Source: Phoronis australis
Lineage: Eukaryota > Animalia > Phoronida
Direction of reading: 5' to 3'
Assembly: GCA_002633005.1 (NCBI GenBank)
Contig: NMRA01000661.1
Location: 155,718-219,717, forward strand
Length of the DNA stretch: 64,000 nucleotides
The notes beneath the pieces are model-generated. The model did no database searches and had not been told where the DNA came from. It saw only the letters and a program-made list of their open reading frames with translations. The position numbers were made by a program, and so were the translations under genes. Shown in pieces: positions 59,401 through 64,000 of this stretch. The first letter of the stretch is position 1, and each line of letters starts with the position of its first letter.

Positions 59401-62400
59401 GCTGACCAGCTTACTCTGGCTCAGGCTGTGGCTGGATCCGGCAGTTGGTAGGATGGTGTTGTCAAGAAATAAGAAACATGTGAAGGTCCGTCCGGGATGT
59501 TGGCCACGGAACTCACCTGTCGTTTTACAAAGAATTCCAGTACCAGACTCTCAAACGAGGGTCTGGTCTCTCAGAATCCAGCAGTTGTGTAGTGCAACAC
59601 TGTTGCCACAGCTGAGTGCACATGCCATATTTTTGGTCAGTCAACTGTGAATACGGTATCTGTTTACAATTAGATAAGCGAGTCCTGTCTGTGAATTTGT
59701 CCTAGTTTAATTTCCATTTGTTTGGCTTGTATTATGCATTACCGACTCACTTGATTAAGGAAAGTACTAGTTTGCATACTGCAATCCCGTCTGTTTTTCC
59801 TTCTTCTGGTTTTAGCTCTGCAGCTAAGAGGCCAGTACTTGGTGAACTTCCTACGACAGTCTCGCGTGGCGGTGTTGACCAAAAGGACAGACGGTCAGAG
59901 TTTCAGTCTTTGGCAGAGCAGCAACAATTGGATGGTAACTGTTTTGATCAGTCATCTGTGGCACATATTTTGTTTTTTGTGCTCTGAACTAGCTTCTGAA
60001 AGTGATTTGTACTCCACCTTGGTTAAAGAAATTTTATTTTTGGTACATTTTCTGGTGTTGTGAATAGAGTTCTGTAGCCTTAACAAAATATTGGAAGACC
60101 AAATCATAGTGCTTTGAACAGATGTGGTTGGTTAAGAGCATAATTTGCAAGTTGAATTGTTGCCAACTTGAACAGTGATGTCATCAATGCTGTTTTGCTG
60201 TCACTGTACTTTTTTGCTAACGTTTACTCTAAGACATGCTCACGTGACCCAAGTAAAGACAAATTGGTAAATGACAAAAATTAAATTCTACAGGCTCTCT
60301 ACTTTCAGGAAATGTATACTTTCACTTAGCTTGCAGATATATAGCTAAATACATCGACTTTTCAACAAGGTCTTTCATAACCTCAATGATGATCTAACGT
60401 TACATTATCACTTTGGAGATGACTCATTCCGTTTCTGTTTGTTTTAGGGTTGGCGTTTGAGAAGGACTCTGATGCCCTGCAGAGTATCCTGGAAAACACA
60501 GGTGTAAGTGAGACCTTCCCCACAACCACAGCACCCCCCAACTACCGGCAAACCATCGCAGGCGGTGGGCAGGGCACCTTCAGAACACCATCTGTGACAC
60601 CAGCAGTGACCAGAAGTAACAGGGTGAATGAGCTTTACACATATCTCTGCTTTCTCTCTCTCTCTCTCTATATATATATAAATATATACCAGTAACAAAC
60701 TGTAAAACATGTATAATTCAGACTTGATTTACTGAGATTTTCCCTTAACACGGACGAAGTTCCGCATTAAAGTTTTTCTAGTCCATGCGCTCTGTCCTTC
60801 AGTTGGACTTCGCCTTATTGAAATGGAATCTCGATCTGATTGAATCCAGCTTATGCAAGTTTTAATGTTACAGTAGTTCCATTTAATTGAAAGCTCCTTT
60901 TCGATCCCTTTGGCTGCTCTCATGAAATTCTTTACCGTGACGTGATTCCATTTCCTTGTCCAACAAGAACATTGAAACCATCAGCAGCTCAAGAAACTTG
61001 AGGTTAGCTAACCCTAAATCAGCGACAAAAATCTGCCACAGATTGTATACGCCGTACTGCTCATAGGATTATTGTGAAAATTGGCAGATATGTTCCTACT
61101 GAAAAGAGAGCGCAATTGACATGGATTTTCAAATGGGTCCAACCACTGTGGTGCCTCCTAGTGACATGTTTGTGTCTACGGCTGTATCTTCCTAAACCAC
61201 TTGCAAGATCTTTTGGAAGTGACAAGTGTCTTCCTATTAACTTGACAATGCGTGGAATGGTCGCACTCTGGCACCACCTTCTGGTGCGTTTTTTTCACAT
61301 TCGCCTCTGTAATCTTTGGAGTTCCGTAACAGATTTTCTTGAAATTTAGAGCTTTCTATTTGTGAGACGACGACACCTTCGCAGATTCGGACCCGTTTGA
61401 TTCAATCTGCGCCATCTAATGGCCATTTTCATGATAATTAAACACCCCTACAAAGACACTGTTTGCAGTGCAGTTGTGCGCATATTTCGACGCTATGCGT
61501 TGCTCTTGTTTAAATTCTTGTGTATGCAATGAAGCAACGTTTCATTATTACACTGAAATTGAAGAAAATGGAATTAAAACGCTGGATGTGGCAAGACAAC
61601 TGGTATTTTTAAAAGGAATATTCAAGGGTCCGTACTGAAGTCAGTACTGTCGATCTGCTAAAAAATTAGTAGACCAGACAGCTTTTTTCCGATTGCTTGC
61701 CGAATCATTTCTGTTCAATGGCATAAAAGCTCTGACCTCTACTTGTACCATATGATGTTATTTTGTCATATGAGGCCATCTTTCTGTAACTTTTATGACA
61801 ATGTTTTGTCAACTGTAAAAAGTTACTAACTCTTTGATATGATAATGAATTTGGTAGTGGTCTTACTAGTGGTTCGACCACTGGGAACATGGTAGGTCGT
61901 GTGATCAATTCTAAGTCATGATGATTGTTGATGAAATGTAGCCTTCCTCATTGACACTAATTATGTTTTGAACAAAGACGACCCTTCAAGTGCTCAAATT
62001 CAGCTACTTAATATCTGAAAAATGGGAATATTTAATCTCTACTCTGGTCGTGACTTTAAAATAACAAATGAAAGTTCCAGGCTGTAGAAATACCGTTGTT
62101 ATTGTTCTGATGTAATTTTTGGACCTAGAGCATACTCAGTAGTAACATTCATTCACTGCCTTAATTCCTGCACTTGAATTGATATTATGTCATATAAACA
62201 GTGGATAATACCGTACTGTTGCACCACCAGTATCCCACCCCAAACATCGATATGGGTGATAGCCATGTACGTAGATGCTCATAGTTGTGGCTTGAATTTA
62301 TTCGATTTGCTGTTTTGAAACGCCACTCTCTTTCTGTAATTTCTGTGTATCTTGCACACTGCTCTCATATTTTCCAACTAAACGCTGAAGCCTGTTTGAA

Positions 62401-63154
62401 TACAATAGTAGCTTAGCATGTGGATTTCTTTACTAATTATGCCGTTATTCATTACAGGGAGTGCGACAATCCATTTACTACACAGGTCCAAGTGACAAGC
62501 CACGGTCAACGCTGTCTAGTATCCCAGACAACACGATCAAACGCTGGACGATGTGTCCTAGCTCCAACAAAACCCCTAAGGCAACACGGGGTGAGGGGGC
62601 AAAGCAAGCCGGTAGGTTGTGCTGAACTGGGTAATTGAAAAACATTGTTTTGACTAGTAGATATTAATTGATTGACAGAAGGCTCTCTAGTTGGACACGC
62701 GTAATAGTGCATCAGTTACGCCCTCAGACAAATGTTGCACACGTTTTGTTGATAAATGCCAGGGAACACTAATATTTGTTGCGAAATATGTGAACTGGTG
62801 ACATCCATTTTTGGAAAGATAGAGGCAGCTTTCCCCTTTGATGAGGTAGAAAATTTAGAGAAGCTTGCAGATGCTAATGTGGGTCTTCCTGTCTGAATGG
62901 ATTACTTTGATTTCAACCCAACACACTGTTGCAGTCCAACGGGGAGAAGATTATCACAAGACTATTTTTTCTTGCCAGTTCCTGAACCTTCCTCAGTCAA
63001 TACTTTTGGCGGTATCTACCGGGTACCACAGCGACATTCAATCTACGCTAAGTACGAACGAAGACCGACGGTGTCGGGGATGAAATCGCCCAGAGCCACG
63101 CCCATGAAATCAATGGAACCTCCCAATGAAGCTTCCAAGACACCGTTTGGACAG
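56415..63154 (+). CDS. TROAP: Tastin/TROAP-like protein, 5' part of a spliced gene (continues beyond the window)
   Basis: join 56415-56458, 58471-58609, 59281-59447, 59816-59934, 60448-60623, 62458-62611, 62979-63154 = 325 codons, phase-consistent. SKIP, LAFEKDSDALQSILENTGV and GVRQSIY resemble, from memory, human TROAP SKIPV, IEFVADPAALATILSGEGV and GVRASAY in the same order. Confidence 0.65.
56462..57296. repeat. ~405-bp direct duplication across a single N (probable assembly/haplotype artefact)
   Basis: 56462-56867 is repeated at 56890-57296 with about 3 differences; N at 56868. Confidence 0.8.
58471..58609 (+). CDS. TROAP-like exon
   Basis: SKIPTATKKKKPLNKARPVPDFKRLHKSWNNKFESGKACIKKPLTQ; NAGNAG acceptor, CAG|GTAAGC donor. 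Confidence 0.85.
59281..59447 (+). CDS. TROAP-like exon
   Basis: CEEFDLTK..DDDLEVAADQLTLAQAVAGSGS; phase 0-2. Confidence 0.78.
59816..59934 (+). CDS. TROAP-like exon (D-box-like RPVLGEL)
   Basis: Strong polypyrimidine TAG| acceptor, phase 2-1. Confidence 0.8.
60448..60623 (+). CDS. TROAP-like exon
   Basis: LAFEKDSDALQSILENTGVSETFP..RSNR; phase 1-0. Confidence 0.8.
60652..60688. repeat. (TC)n(TA)n microsatellite
   Basis: Seen directly. Confidence 0.8.
62458..62611 (+). CDS. TROAP-like exon
   Basis: GVRQSIYYTGPSDKPRSTLSSIPDNTIKRWTMCPSSNKTPK..; phase 0-1. Confidence 0.75.
62979..63154 (+). CDS. TROAP-like exon
   Basis: PEPSSVNTFGGIYRVPQRHSIYAKYERRPTVSGMKSPRATPMK..TPFGQ, |GTATGA donor. Confidence 0.8.
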
Positions 63155-64000
63155 GTATGATGATCTGAGACGGATGGCCCACTTAGGAAGGGGGGTTGTT
63201 CCACATCCCTAGAAATGTATTTACACTTTCATCTGGTCTGATTTTGATCAATTTATTCTTTTGCTTTCCAAGTAGAATAGCTTAAGGCACAGATTGCCCA
63301 AATGTTTAGCAATGGCTGTGCGACATTCATATGAATCTCGCTATGTTGCTTGCAGCCNTGTCAAGTTCTATACATATATTGGCCTCTTTATTATAATATG
63401 CACTGAATTTTCATACTAATTGTTAAAATGGGTGATAAATCAGTTCATCTTTAATAAGAAAACCTATTTGTTTTGGTAAGATTAGTTTTGCACCAGATCA
63501 ACGTTATGGGTTTGTTAAAATTACAGTCAGTTAGTTAAAGTTTGGCGGCCATATTGGATTTATGCAAATGAGGTGTCTTAACATTAAGAGGAAAACATGT
63601 TACAATGTCATTTTAACAGTTTTCTATCTAATAAAGTACCTTTACCTAGCCTTAAAATATTTTATTATCTCTCAAGCAACAATGGATTGTATTGCTTGGC
63701 GGCCATTTTGTTTTTTGAGATTTGACCTTGACTTTGACCTCAAAATTTGGGCAACCAACCCCCATGAAATTCAGCATGTCAAAAAGTACCAGTGTGCCAA
63801 ATTTGGTGCTTTAATCCGAGGTGTAAACGTTTTCGGGTTAAGGGCCTGGACTATTATTATGACCAATCGTCGAATATGTGGTCAGTCTGCCTTCTAGGCG
63901 TGCGCCTCTAATCACCCATAGTGGTTACGATTAGCCATAATATTAGTGCTGCAGGTTAATGTTATGCTTAACATGTCACGTGTACACCGTAGTACATTCC

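Noticed and set aside
60730-61430. Possible decayed transposase sequence on the minus strand
   Set aside because: Could not reconstruct a recognisable motif or element ends by eye; needs a translated search.

Overview
Eukaryotic (animal, probably invertebrate) genomic DNA with spliced genes, so most ORFs in the supplied track are spurious or exon fragments. Four protein-coding genes can be assembled by hand with consistent GT-AG sites and exon phases: (1) a secreted serpin (+, 315-3108, 2 exons); (2) a galactose-3-O-sulfotransferase with an uninterrupted CDS (-, 5299-6873); (3) a complete plexin-domain-containing protein gene PLXDC (-, 13692-54160, 13 core exons, about 498 aa); (4) the 5' part of a tastin/TROAP-like gene (+, from about 54290, running off the window), head-to-head with PLXDC across a very short shared promoter. 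The most interesting signal is in PLXDC: a tandem pair of homologous 97-nt exons that must be mutually exclusive, plus several candidate alternative exons between the PSI domain and the TM exon that would give mucin-stalk, soluble or tail-less forms. Repeats include two ~2-kb ISL2EU-type non-autonomous transposons with a dead THAP domain, a TTAA/AGG Kolobok-type MITE, foldback elements, tRNA-derived SINEs, mini/microsatellites and two duplications across N gaps that look like assembly artefacts. No prokaryotic-type system, CRISPR array or rRNA is seen. Family assignments rest on motif recognition from memory, not database searches.
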